Shown piece after piece: positions 38,384 through 50,202 of a stretch of DNA of 64,000 nt. Numbering within the stretch: position 1 is the stretch's first letter; each line of letters starts with the position of its first letter. The notes beneath the pieces were generated by a model, which worked only from the letters and a program-made list of their open reading frames with translations, was not told where the DNA came from and searched no databases. The DNA is taken from NCBI GenBank assembly GCA_951406725.2, contig OX597820.1:55428001-55492000 (forward strand), given 5' to 3'. Both the position numbers and the translations under genes were made by a program. Source of the DNA: Octopus vulgaris (Eukaryota).

Positions 38384-38422
<39 letters not shown>

Positions 38423-41400
38423 ACAAAATACAAGCACTTTATTCTACCATTATGCATTGCATGGAGCATTATCTCTTCTGGTTGATAATCATTGAATGGG
38501 GGTTTGAAACATAATATTTTGCCACCTTTATTTAGACACACACCCTCGTACATACAACAACTTAAAGATGAACTTTCTCTGTGGTTGTCTGATCAACTGG
38601 AAACCACATCTTTATGTTATCTGTCTATGTAGATGGAACCTCTACAGGGTTGCTTAATCTACTAGAAATAGCAGCCAAATCTTCATCAGATCACATTGCT
38701 GAAATATAATGTCTATGTTTGAATTAATTTTTTAATATAAGGAAGAATTTAATTAAATAACTTTGTAATTATTAAACAGGTGTTTGGAAGATAAAGTAAC
38801 ATGAAGGTTTGATGACAGGTTTTAATTAAGATAACTTTAAGAAAAAACAAGTTTGTATAATAGAACCAAGGGTAGTCTTGCAGGGGTTTGATATGAAAAG
38901 GGTTAAAGGAAGCAAGAAGTATTAAATAATGTGACACTAGACACACTGTATGAATAAAAGATGGATAGTCATGAGTTTGGTGATCAGGGGTTCACCTAGT
39001 GTAAAACAACAAAAAACTCCAACTGTTTGTATAAGTTTAGATTTTAAGTCAAGTGTAGATACAGTCACAAAGGAGTCAAATGTTAGAAAATCTGAGCAAA
39101 TTGCTTTCAAGACTGAAGTGTAACTAAACATGATTCTGAAGAGTTATTAGCAGGATACCTACACAAAATAAGTTACTGTAATGAGAGTTGTCTTCCCTTA
39201 ATTAGTTCTATCAACTTAGAAATTAAAATATGAATAATGTAGTCTGAACTACATTAAATTGAAGCCCCATAAAAAAAAATTACTATTAGAAGTCACCAGT
39301 GACTCCCGTGCTAGGCATATTGTTAAAGTACAATCATATACATTTAATCCTGTAATGATTCCCGAATTTTTCATTATACATACATGCCAAATGTGATGCT
39401 TTGTATCTCATGTGTGCGTGTGTACTGTATATTATATACTTTTTTTTATTAAAGCTGCAAAACATTACAAAGCAGTTTTGTGATGGTTTTGCAGCTTTAA
39501 CAAAAAAGCATATTACTCTATATTCAGTATGCGAGTACTATTCTTTTCCACCATGTTTTGCATCTATGTACTTACTCATGTATGCATGTGTGTATGTATA
39601 TATAGAAATAAATATATATATATATATTGTATACACACACACACATGAATAGCAAAGCAAGAGGAAATTGTGAAGGTTTATGTTGATAAATAGTAATAGA
39701 AGAGTGTTTATAGAGTGGAATGAATTTCATGTAATAAGAAACAAAAGAAGTCTTGAGTAGAACTCATAATCAGAGAACAATGAAACATTTGTTGGTATGA
39801 TGAGAAACATTTAAATTCTCATTATCAGGTCATAAAATTTATCCAACTATTTGAATTTAACATGGCACATACCTTTTTCCTACAGGAGAAAACCCTCCCT
39901 CAATTCCACCCAATGCCATCTATTTGGAGTTGGGCTTTGTTTAAAGGATTTGCCTTATCTGTCATGCTTGGCCTGCAGACTGGCAAGGGTTCTATTGGTT
40001 TACTAATTTATTTGTATATAAGTATATAAGGTACAAAGTTTCACATTCTGTGTGTACAATAAATATGTTGGGGATCAATGCAAAATTAATAGAAAATATG
40101 ACTATATTTTATTCTAAGTGCTGGTGCAGACACAAGCATTACACATTCCAGTTCTTGGCTCTATTGCAGATAACCCAAGCAAATGAAATTCCAATGATGG
40201 AACACATACCAAAAGGCATCCACCTTAGATTGGTACCTTTTTTTTTTATCAACCCCAAAAGAATGGAAAGGTAGCATTGATTTCGGCAGGATTTGATGTC
40301 CTGAGTGCTGATAGTTATAACAATCACTGCAAACATTCAATCCAAAACCTGAATTCTTTGGCATTTCAATCAGCCATATCTGGCCAAAATATTCTACCAG
40401 TTTTATGTTGGAACTGGTCGGATCTGCCTCTCACACCTACCCTACAGTATCATTCTAAACATTTATAGTTACCTTATCAAAATATCATACCTACAAGATA
40501 CTGCATGATTAATTCAAAACAATGTGAATAAATAAGCATTACTTTTGACAGAATAATGCAAATGCTAAAAGGTTAGAGACTCTGCTAATTTGTCACTGAT
40601 TGGATACAAATAAATACAGACTTGAGAGTATTGCAGACATTTTAAGCTACCATCTCACAAGTTTTTGAGCCAAGTGAGAAAATGACATAATATATATATA
40701 CAGAAAGCTTGACTGTTTTTAATGCACTGCAGCAATGCATGTGTTCCTTTGCAACAAAGTGTAATACAGGAACCTATTTGTTTAAAAAAAACATCTTTGT
40801 ACAAATATTCACTTACATGTTTTAGTCAATAAATTGTGGCCATGAGCTTAAATTGTTTAGCAGATCACATCAACATCAATATTTCTCAGACACAGACATA
40901 CACCCATTTATATGTATGTATAAACATACAGACACAGAGGTTCTCCATACAGTTTCCAAATTCACTCATAAGTCATGAGTAGGTACAATGAGATTGAACC
41001 TGAAATCATGACAAACTTAACCACACAGCCATGTCTATATATGTGTGTGTGTGTGTGGTGCATGTATGTTCACTATATACATAAGCATAGTGCATGAAAG
41101 AGGAAATGTGAGGAAGAGAATAGATATAGTTTGTTTGTTGGGGAAGTGTGTGAAAAGTTTTATTGTTACATGTAGGTGATGTGTATGTGAGTGTGTGTAT
41201 TATAAAAGTATATAAAAAATGTGTTTGAGTCTACATTATAAAACTTACAAAAGTTGAAGTGTTGCACAACTTGTAAATTGAAAAAGGTGTGCCACTTTGA
41301 GGACACTAATGATATTGTAGTTTACATGTTTAAACAAGAGTAAGGTGGTTACCAGTTCAATATTAGGGCATGGTCACTCAGTTAAGTGTAAACCATTTCA

Positions 41401-42643
41401 AGTTCTAGATACAAAGGTGTGTGTGTAATTGGTTTTACTTGAATAAACTTATTACAGTATGATAAAAATGATTAGAATAAGATATCTGTATCTGTGTGTA
41501 TACATATAATACATATCATCACTATCATTTAATGTCCGTTTTCCATGCTAGTATGGGTTGGATGGTTTGACTGGGATCTGGGAAGTCATGAGGCTGCACC
41601 AGGCTCAGTTTGATCTGGCAGTGTTTCTACAGCTGGATGCCCTTCCTAACGCCAACCATTCCATGAGTTTAGTGGGTACTTTTTACGTGCCACTGGCACA
41701 GGGGCCAAGCAATGGCCATGATTAATTGGTGCTTTTTATGTGCCACCGGCAAGGAAGCCAGTCAAGGCAGCACTGACATTGGCCACGTTCGGATGGTGCT
41801 TTTTACGTGCCACCGGCACAGGTATCACAACTACAATTTCCATTTGATTTTTATTTTGATGTTGATGTACTTGACTCAATAGGTCTCCTCAAGCACAGTA
41901 GGTTGCTCTACAATCCAAGGTATATGTATGTGTAGTGATGGTGCATAGCCTAGTGATTAGAGAGCTGCATTCATGATCACAAGATCAAGGTTTCGATTCC
42001 TAGACATGGTGATACATAGTGTTGATCAAAACACTTTATCTCATATTGCTCTGCAATTACTTCAACATCTGACTATTGGCACACTGTACACCTGTGTAGG
42101 CAATGTTGATTTGATGGGTGGAGCAAGCCAATGTACAACACAAACAACTGACCACTATAAACAAATTATTAGTGCGGGTTGTTTACCAAGAAATTACAGA
42201 ACCCTCATTTGTTGTTTATGTCAGGCGAGATCATGATACATATATTATCCTGCTTACGATGAAACTACTAAACATTGAGACATTCAGCTTCCAAATATGC
42301 ACAACAAAATTGTAATTCCACTAATGTATAGAGCCCTCTTTTTCTTTGAGGTAGTTGCACCTAGTACGCTATACTTAGAAACAAAAACACACCCAATATA
42401 AATCAAAGCAGGTACACATTTTATGACATCAAACAGTACTGGTTTTTTTTGCATATAACATTTCAGAATGTTACATTGTTTTTTTGCGTTGAATATATTG
42501 ATGTCTCCTCCGATATGCTGACTGGAAGTTTCTAACCAAATATCGGAAGAAACATCAATATTGTCTAGTGACGATATTCAATGCAAGATTGATAGTAACA
42601 TTCTGTCATAATCTGTAATATATTGTTTGACAACATAAATATC

Positions 42644-42710
<67 letters not shown>

Positions 42711-43025
42711 TATATACATGTGTATTATAAATTTTAAGGGTAGCAATTGATGAAACAAGTTCTTGAAACAAAGAAAGTGTTATTGTTTAGTTCAAGGTCA
42801 ACCCTAATTGAGTAGATTTGTGATTAAAGCCATTTAAGCTGTGTCCAGTTCATTTCGTCTTCAAGGCATAGTGAAACAAGGACCACATCAGCCAATATGT
42901 CATTTCTTGTTATTGGAGGTCAAGTGAAGTCGCATTTTAGGGCAACTATTTTTCTATTTAAGCACATAGCAATGACTAATAAGTTGAAAGAAGTTAAATT
43001 TACAGAACGTATTTGTATCCTTTAG

Positions 43026-43150
43026 AAATGAAAGTTCCATAGAAATCAAAGAACACAATTAGGTGGTCTGAGAGAATCAACATCCTCTATTCCATCTCAC
43101 AAAAGAAAAAAGCTGTCATGATTGGTTATGTTAGGTAACATTATATGTAC
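43026..43150. repeat. ~125-bp direct repeat, partner at ~43597-43721
   Basis: AAATGAAAGTTCCATAGAAATCAAAG...GGTAACATTATATGTAC occurs twice with about 3 substitutions. Confidence 0.9.
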
Positions 43151-45111
43151 AACGTATTTGCATCCTTTAGAAATTACATTAGAGATTACCATTCCTTGTA
43201 CATAAGATGTTGCAGACTGATAAATCAGGTGCCTTTCACATTAATTTCTGATAATTCTTTTCCATTCGTAGTTAATCATTCTATGTATCTTATTCAAAAC
43301 ATCTACAGTATATATATAGTTTTATCTATAAATGTAAATAATTTAAACTTATAAAAAATTACGTGCTTCTTTTATTCAATAAATGCAGCATAATTATCAA
43401 GATTTTATATTTAGAATTTCAGTTTATATTTTTCAAATTTTAAAAATATTTTATTTTTGTAGCCCATTAATTGTAGCTACTGGAGAAGTTCTCTTAGAGG
43501 TAGAAATTAATTGGTGCTACCCTGTGTGATGGTTGACAATGAAATTAGTAACATACTAATGCAAATTCCAAGTGTCAATTATTATGGATGGGTTTTAAAT
43601 GAAAGTTCCATAGAAATCAAAGAACACAATTAGGTGGTCTGAGAGAATCAACATCCTCTATTCTATCTCACAAAGGAAAAAAGCTGTCATGATCGGTTAT
43701 GTTAGGTAACATTATATGTACTTATAGGTAGGAAATACAATAATTTCTTGTTCACTTCTGTTTAGGAAATATTGTTGAACAAATAAACAAAGAATATAGT
43801 AGTTTAAAAATGCATATATTGAAGTATATATTTTAGTTTTTCTTTGGAAAACCAGATATCCATAACGAGTCCTTATATTTTTGTAAAGAAAGCTAAGGTC
43901 ACAAATAATACATATTGGATTGATATTCTTTTTTGCTGTCAAATTAATGAACCTGTAAAATACACAACTTAAACAGCATTTGAATACTTAGGTATTCTGA
44001 AAGGACACCTTTTGATCACTATAGCTCAGGTCAGCCCTGAACGAGCAGGCTATGCTCAGAGACGTTCAAACTATGGTCACCCTCATTTTCTTTCAGAGTC
44101 TAGGTTCACATCATCAAATGCATTTTTTGTTGGTGTTAAAGGCTGTATCTGTTGATTTGATAAACAGAAGAATTGGCTGATATTCCCCTGACTGTACAAC
44201 ACTTCTCAGGTCAGTGTCAGAAATTCAAGAATCCTAAATACAAAGCCTTGACGTGATCGTTCAACCTGCTTGAAATAGAAGCCAACTTTCCTTCAAATCA
44301 AATTCTATTGTCTTAAAAATAAAAACAACACATTAGCTGGTGTAGTCAGGAGGGCACTATACATTGAAAAGATGCAGGATAATCATAACCAGAACACCTT
44401 TGATAAGGTTGTGCAGGTGTCACTAAAGCCAAAAAGGATTAGCATAACAGACACATAAATAAGATACTGCTTTCACATAGCAACATCTTTTGAATATAGT
44501 TAGTTAATAGATTTAATGCAGAGAACCAAACCAAAATAATAATAATCCTTTCTACAAAAGCACAAGGCCTGAAGTTTGTGGGGAGGGGAGTAGTCGATTA
44601 CACCGACCCCAGTCTTTCACTGGTACTTAATTTATCGACCCTGAAAGGATGAAAGGCAAAGTCGACCTCGGCAGAATTTGAACTCAGTATGTTGAGATAA
44701 TATAATAGTCTTTTCTACTCTAGGCATAAAGTCTGAAATTTTGGGGGAAGAGTTAAGTCAATTACATCGACCCCAGTACTCAATTTATCGACCCCGAAAG
44801 GAATAATAATAATTATTATTATAATTATAATACAACAGTAGGTTCCAACAACAAAAGGCAATAGTTAGTATAAATGCATTAAAAAAAATTTCGTTTGTCC
44901 TGTTAAAACAAAATTTTTTTTAACTCGCAACTCATTTTTACGAGTTTTCTCAATAAACAATGAGAAAAAGAAACTGAAAAAATACTCTGACTTATTTAAA
45001 TATATTTATTTGAAAGATAAATGTTTCAAAGGCAAAAAGTGATGGGTAAAATAATAATAATGATGGTGATGATGTTAAGATGATTTATTACATAAGACGA
45101 ATTTTTTTATG

Positions 45112-45158
<47 letters not shown>

Positions 45159-46357
45159 GTGTGTATGTTTGGGTCTTGCCGAAAGAGCAAGGTAATATAA
45201 TAAATAAATAATTTACTATAAAGCCTTGATTTTGTAAGGACTGGGTCGGGTATAGTCGATTGAACCAACTTCAGTACTAGACCGATTCTTATTTTATCGA
45301 CCCCGAACAACGAAGAAACGAAAGACAGAACTGACGAGACTAAAATACTTAAAGCATGTCATTCCATCAACCTGATATCTTTTTTCTTGGATTACCCTGA
45401 AGAAAAAGGATCTCAGCGAAGCGGAAACGCGAGTCTGAGGCGTTCTGACTTTTCTTTGAAGACATTAGCAAAATAATGATGCTCAAAGTATCAAAATTAT
45501 GTAATAAATAATGATGAAAAGTAAACAGTTGAAACTCCAGGCTTCAATTGTTTAGCAAAAAAAAAAAAAAAAATTATAAAGATAAATTAAAAAATGATTA
45601 AAAAAAAACAAAATAGGTGAGATGAGATGAAAGCATAATTATGAAACAGATCCATATATCACAAAAGTCCTCCTATAAAGAAATTAATTAATGTAATTAA
45701 AACAGAGGAGTTTAAACGAGCTAAGTGTCTATTAGCTGTGTCAGATTAATTTCATAATAAAAACTTAAGAGAAGTTATTTTCATACTCAGGAATATTTTT
45801 TCAACTTACAGAAAGCTTCCTATATTCTTTCGTATGTTTATATATTTGTATATAGCTTTTTTTTTTTCAACGTGATATCGTAAAAGTAATGATAAATATC
45901 ACCATTATGCTATTGACATAACATTTTGCATAACATTTCAATGGGATCGCAGACACAATAATAGCAAGTTTTGCTATTATACAGTAGCAAGTGACTCAAA
46001 TGTAGAACTACAGTTCGATGTTACATCAAGGTGAGCACTTTCTCCAGATCAATAAATGAAGAGAGAGTTTACATCACAGTAAAAATTTTAGTCTGTAATT
46101 GAACTTTTTTTTTCCTGTCACTTGTTTTGTTTTCTTTTTTTTTTCCGCAATTTATTCTTTGCTGTCTGTTTTGAATTCTTAGAAGAGCTGGTTCCTTCAT
46201 TATCAGCATCAGTAAAAATTGTCCAAACGCGTAGTTCTCCAACGGACAGCGAATTCACGTGTCGAGTGGACAAACGGGAACAAAGAAGGAGAAATACTCA
46301 CTCCAGGGTATATGAGTAAATAAGTAAGTGGTCAACAACTCCTTTAGAATGCCAGGT

Positions 46358-47098
46358 TCATGCTTTACACTCGTGGAAGTTTATCATGGGTCCCTGAGTT
46401 AAATCAGAGAAAGACGACCTGAAAGAATAAGACTGAGATGACTGATACAACATTTTCAGATTCTGACGATCTTCTTCGGTTAACGTTTCCAGCAAATCGT
46501 GCAAAGCATTTCGTCGGGTACGACACCTGGAGAAATTATTATGGTCCGGAGATAACAGCTCTGGTGTAGGGTCGTCGGGAAAATTTATAGTTAACATTTC
46601 AGCAGATGGTGATAAGTTGGAAGAATCGAAGTTGGGAGAAGAAATTAACTGGCAGCTGGAAGTCGATGAAGTTGCCGCTGTACAGATGTTTGTTAAACAA
46701 CTTGGTCGATTAGCATCTCGGCAAAGGGGTAAGCTGCTTCCACCAAGTCTTTCCTCCCGACTAATTTGCAGGGATAGTACTTTCGTAGTTTCTTTACAGC
46801 CTGTTGTACCACGATTTGGCAAGTTTTCTGAACTTTGCGACAGTTCTTGATCCGTATTTTCGGTACATTGTCTCAGATCTTCAGTTCCAAACTCGTCCAA
46901 GTCGTCATCCGACATGCTATCCACTTCACCATCACTATTCAAATTAGATTCATTTCTGTGTAATAAAAAATCTCTGACGAATTTTTGGCGATTTTCTATA
47001 CTTTCAAAGATATCAGCCATACCATTTCGTCGCATTCTACGAGGGTAAGATTTTAATGAAACCGACTCCCTTTTTTCTTGCTGTTCACCACCAGTCAT
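46358..47098 (-). CDS. Putative intronless host gene: 246-aa acidic/Ser-rich protein with two PKI-like PKA pseudosubstrate motifs
   Basis: The only long non-repeat, non-TE ORF in the window. First ATG in an ACAATGA context. Motifs RRMRRNGMADI (core 47012-47032) and RCRTRRNALHDL (core 46496-46516) resemble PKI-alpha GRTGRRNAIHD. Promoter motifs lie immediately upstream. Confidence 0.7.
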   Translation of the reverse strand: MTGGEQQEKRESVSLKSYPRRMRRNGMADIFESIENRQKFVRDFLLHRNESNLNSDGEVDSMSDDDLDEFGTEDLRQCTENTDQELSQSSENLPNRGTTGCKETTKVLSLQISREERLGGSSLPLCRDANRPSCLTNICTAATSSTSSCQLISSPNFDSSNLSPSAEMLTINFPDDPTPELLSPDHNNFSRCRTRRNALHDLLETLTEEDRQNLKMLYQSSQSYSFRSSFSDLTQGPMINFHECKA

Positions 47099-47254
47099 TG
47101 TGTAATATGTATTAAAATATAAAATCAGTTCGGTTGAAAAGTATCTTCGGTTCAATCCTGTTGATGTTTGAGTGAAATAATTGAACAAGCTTCTGTTAGT
47201 TTGTTTGTATGAGAGAGATTTCTTAGCGTCAATACAGAACGAAGGCTTTTGTAG

Positions 47255-47385
47255 CACTAGACAGCTCACCTCAAGTAATTGCTTAATAACTAGTCAGTAA
47301 GAATACCAATCGATTAAAAGCTTCGACTACCGGTTATCAGCCAATCAAAACGCTCGTGTGCACCAGAAAACGTGACGTCAGCATA
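47255..47385 (-). promoter_or_regulatory. Candidate promoter: CRE, two CCAAT boxes and TATA-like element
   Basis: TGACGTCA at 47373-47380; AGCCAATCA at 47339-47347 and ACCAATC at 47305-47311; minus-strand TATTAA at 47283-47288; locally CpG-rich. Confidence 0.65.
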
Positions 47386-48123
47386 GAAGCGGGTTTTCCT
47401 CCCCACTTCACCTCCCGTATTAACGGACTTCTTCTTTTTTCCCCAGTAGTTTCATTTTATTCATGAGAAAAGAAAAAGAAATCACATTTTGACTGCGACC
47501 TCACCCATGTCTTAGTGATTCTGTTTAGAAATTCACGCCTGAATGAACAATTCTAAATAAAGTCTGCCGAGATGCAAACCAACCAGAATACTAAGAAAGT
47601 GGTGGTACTGGTGGAAGGGAAAACCGAGAATAAACGTGACGAGCAATTAATGACACATGTTTGACAAGCTCGTCATTAATTGCTCACCAATACCGCTGGC
47701 TAACTAGATAGTTTTCTCATTAGCTCGGTCTGGTTACGACGTTGGAATCAAGGTCAGGAAATCGCTGCTTGTTAGTGGTTTTAGGATGGATATTAGAACC
47801 AAACATATATGCAAATGTTTATACTGGCGAACCACATATACGGAAATGTTTACACACGCAACACGTGAATATTTATTTATATACACATAAGAACACACAC
47901 ACATGCTCGTGATGTATTATAGATATGTTTTCATATAAACACAAACAATTCACTTTCTGTTGCAGACATGCATACATTCCGATATCTTTGTTAATTTTAC
48001 GCATGTCATCTTAAAATAAAACCCAAAAGTGATATAGATGCACACGTACATATATTTATGCATAAATTAAAATGCGTATAGATGCATACACGATAATTGT
48101 ACACACATATACACACACACACC

Positions 48124-48176
<53 letters not shown>

Positions 48177-48222
48177 ACAATTTGAACGGTAAGTTAATGA
48201 ATAAATAATGTGGTATATCTGA

Positions 48223-48328
48223 ATAAGGCTGGCACACTACAGCAAGGTGTAGCCCTGGATATTTCCCCCGTTTAGCAGCAGAAAATACCGCTACGCCAAC
48301 GCTAGCTGCATGATAATGATTTGTTTAT
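48223..48328. repeat. ~100-bp direct repeat, partner at ~49488-49586
   Basis: TAAGGCTGGCA.ACTACAGCAAGG...AGAAAATACCGCTACGCCAAC...TGCATGATAA.GATTTGTTTA occurs at both sites. Confidence 0.88.
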
Positions 48329-48961
48329 TGTCGATTTCATTGATCTCGTTAATTGGTATGGCCATGGAAGGATTTGAACTCAGAAAGTAAACGGACATAA
48401 CTTGATACAAGACTTTGTTAATTCTGCAAATCACCACCCTTAGCAGATGCACAACAATAATTTGTTGGTGTCAGGAATATTACTCGTACAAGTTTTGAGT
48501 AGAGGACCTGCAGTACGCATTAGTAATGCAAAGTACCCAATGTGATGCGTTATCGTCTGCGGGGTCATACCCGTTCTAGGTGTTTGCATAATATTGACTT
48601 CTTACATAGAAACAGTTTTATATTTATAAGTGGCGAATACGCATATTAGTGGCGGTAATTCTATGCCTTTTTCAAAAGGATGAACAACATAAATGAAATT
48701 ATCTACAAAGATTCGAAACCGAGACATGGCACCAGTTCACCACGAGCATATTTCCGCTGCATAAAAGTAAATCTAATGATTTTTAGTATTGGCACAAGAT
48801 CACGTATTACGGGAGTGCCGCTTTTACCGGCACAGAATGAAAAGGGGGTGGGGGTCTTATTTTATTGATCTCAGGAGGACGAAAGGCAGGGTTGGCTGAT
48901 CGTAATATGAACTCAGATCCTAAAAGCATTTTGCCCTGCATCCGAATATCTGTATGTATAG

Positions 48962-49315
48962 GCGCAGGAGTGGCTGTGTGGTAAGTAGCTTGTTTACCAA
49001 CTACACGGTTCTGGGTTCAGTCCCACTGCGTGGCATCTACTATAGCCTCGGGCCGACCAAGGCCTTGTGAGTGGATTTGGTAGACGGAAACTGAAAGAAG
49101 CCCGTCGTGTGTGTATATATATATATATATATATGTGCGTGTGTTTGTCCCACTAGCATTGCTTGACAACCGATGCTGGTGTGTTTATGTCCCCGGCAAA
49201 AGAGACCGATAGAATAAGTACTAGGCTTACAAAAGAATAAGTCCCGGGGTCGAGTTGCTCGATTAAAGGCGGTGCTCCAGCATGGCCGCAGTCAAATGGC
49301 TGAAACAAGTAAAAG
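48962..49315 (+). mobile_element. Octopus-type tRNA-derived SINE (CpG-retaining)
   Basis: Same family as 9699-10113, with small deletions. Further copies at ~50380-50750 and ~50966-51355. Confidence 0.85.
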
Positions 49316-49726
49316 TATATATATATGATCAGGCGAACGAAAATTTTACTAATTTTTTTACTAATGAGTTATTTAAAGCATTCTTTCGTGGACCTACGTG
49401 GTCAGCCGGCATATAAAACAGATTTAAGAGGTAACACGGTAACTGCCAGGACTATATTATCCCTTAGTACTCCTTTATATATATATGTAAGGCTGGCAAA
49501 CTACAGCAAGGTTGTAGCCCTGGATATTTCCTCCGTTTAGCAGCAGAAAATACCGCTACGCCAACTGCATGATAACGATTTGTTTATATGCACACACACA
49601 AGGATTTGAATGTCTTAAGTATATTTCAACTGGTAAATTTGCATTTATACACATCGCTGCTTAGCGTTGTCACCCAGTGTGTACACACGATACGCACATT
49701 TCAAAAGTTATGAAACACAATTTAAT

Positions 49727-50202
49727 CCCAGAAAAAGGGAAACCTATAATATTTTTTTTTTTAATTTTATTTTTCTTCTTAACGAGGGTGGAGTCATCGA
49801 CTTGGCCTGAGCATGGACTCAAACTCAAATGAAATGAGGACGAAAGTTCAAATCCCACCCCTGCTGAGGGGGTGAAACGTAGTAACAAAGCCTGCAACGT
49901 TCGAAATAAATTTTTTTTTTTTCACACAATAATATAATATAGAATCCCCCCCAAACGGGAAACCTATAATATTTTTTTCCTCACAACGAGGACAACAGTT
50001 CAAATCTCGCCAACGCTAGTGGCGGATGCCACAATAGAGCCTACAACGGCTAAAATTTAATTTTCTTTTTTTCCGCAATAGTAAATTGTTTATCCCCCAA
50101 AACGGGAAACCTATAATATTTTTTCCCCCTCTTAATAAGGATAACAGTTCAAATCCCACCCTCGCTGGGGGGGGGGCGACGACAATAAAGCCTACAACGG
50201 CT
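49727..50202. repeat. Diverged tandem array, three ~150-220 bp units
   Basis: Each unit contains GGGAAACCTATAATATTTTTT...AGTTCAAATCYC...AGCCTRCAACG; units start at ~49727, ~49946 and ~50094. Confidence 0.8.

Larger units (their letters stand above)
36209..38386 (-). mobile_element. Penelope-like element (Naiad-like), 5'-truncated with inverted partial pLTR
   Basis: (TA)n on both flanks, a GIY-YIG ORF, a hammerhead in the 3' region, and an exact 123-bp inverted repeat 36474-36596 / 38264-38386. Confidence 0.88.

Noticed and set aside
36209-38386. Selenoprotein-type Penelope element (Sec/SECIS)
   Set aside because: No in-frame TGA in the surviving ORF and no SECIS element recognised.
47099-47269. 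N-terminal 57 codons of the 303-aa ORF in the track
   Set aside because: Begins at GTG near the inferred transcription start; the first ATG in good context is at 47098, so this is treated as 5' UTR.
49727-50202. CRISPR-like repeat-spacer array
   Set aside because: Eukaryotic context, long diverged units with homologous spacers, and no cas genes.
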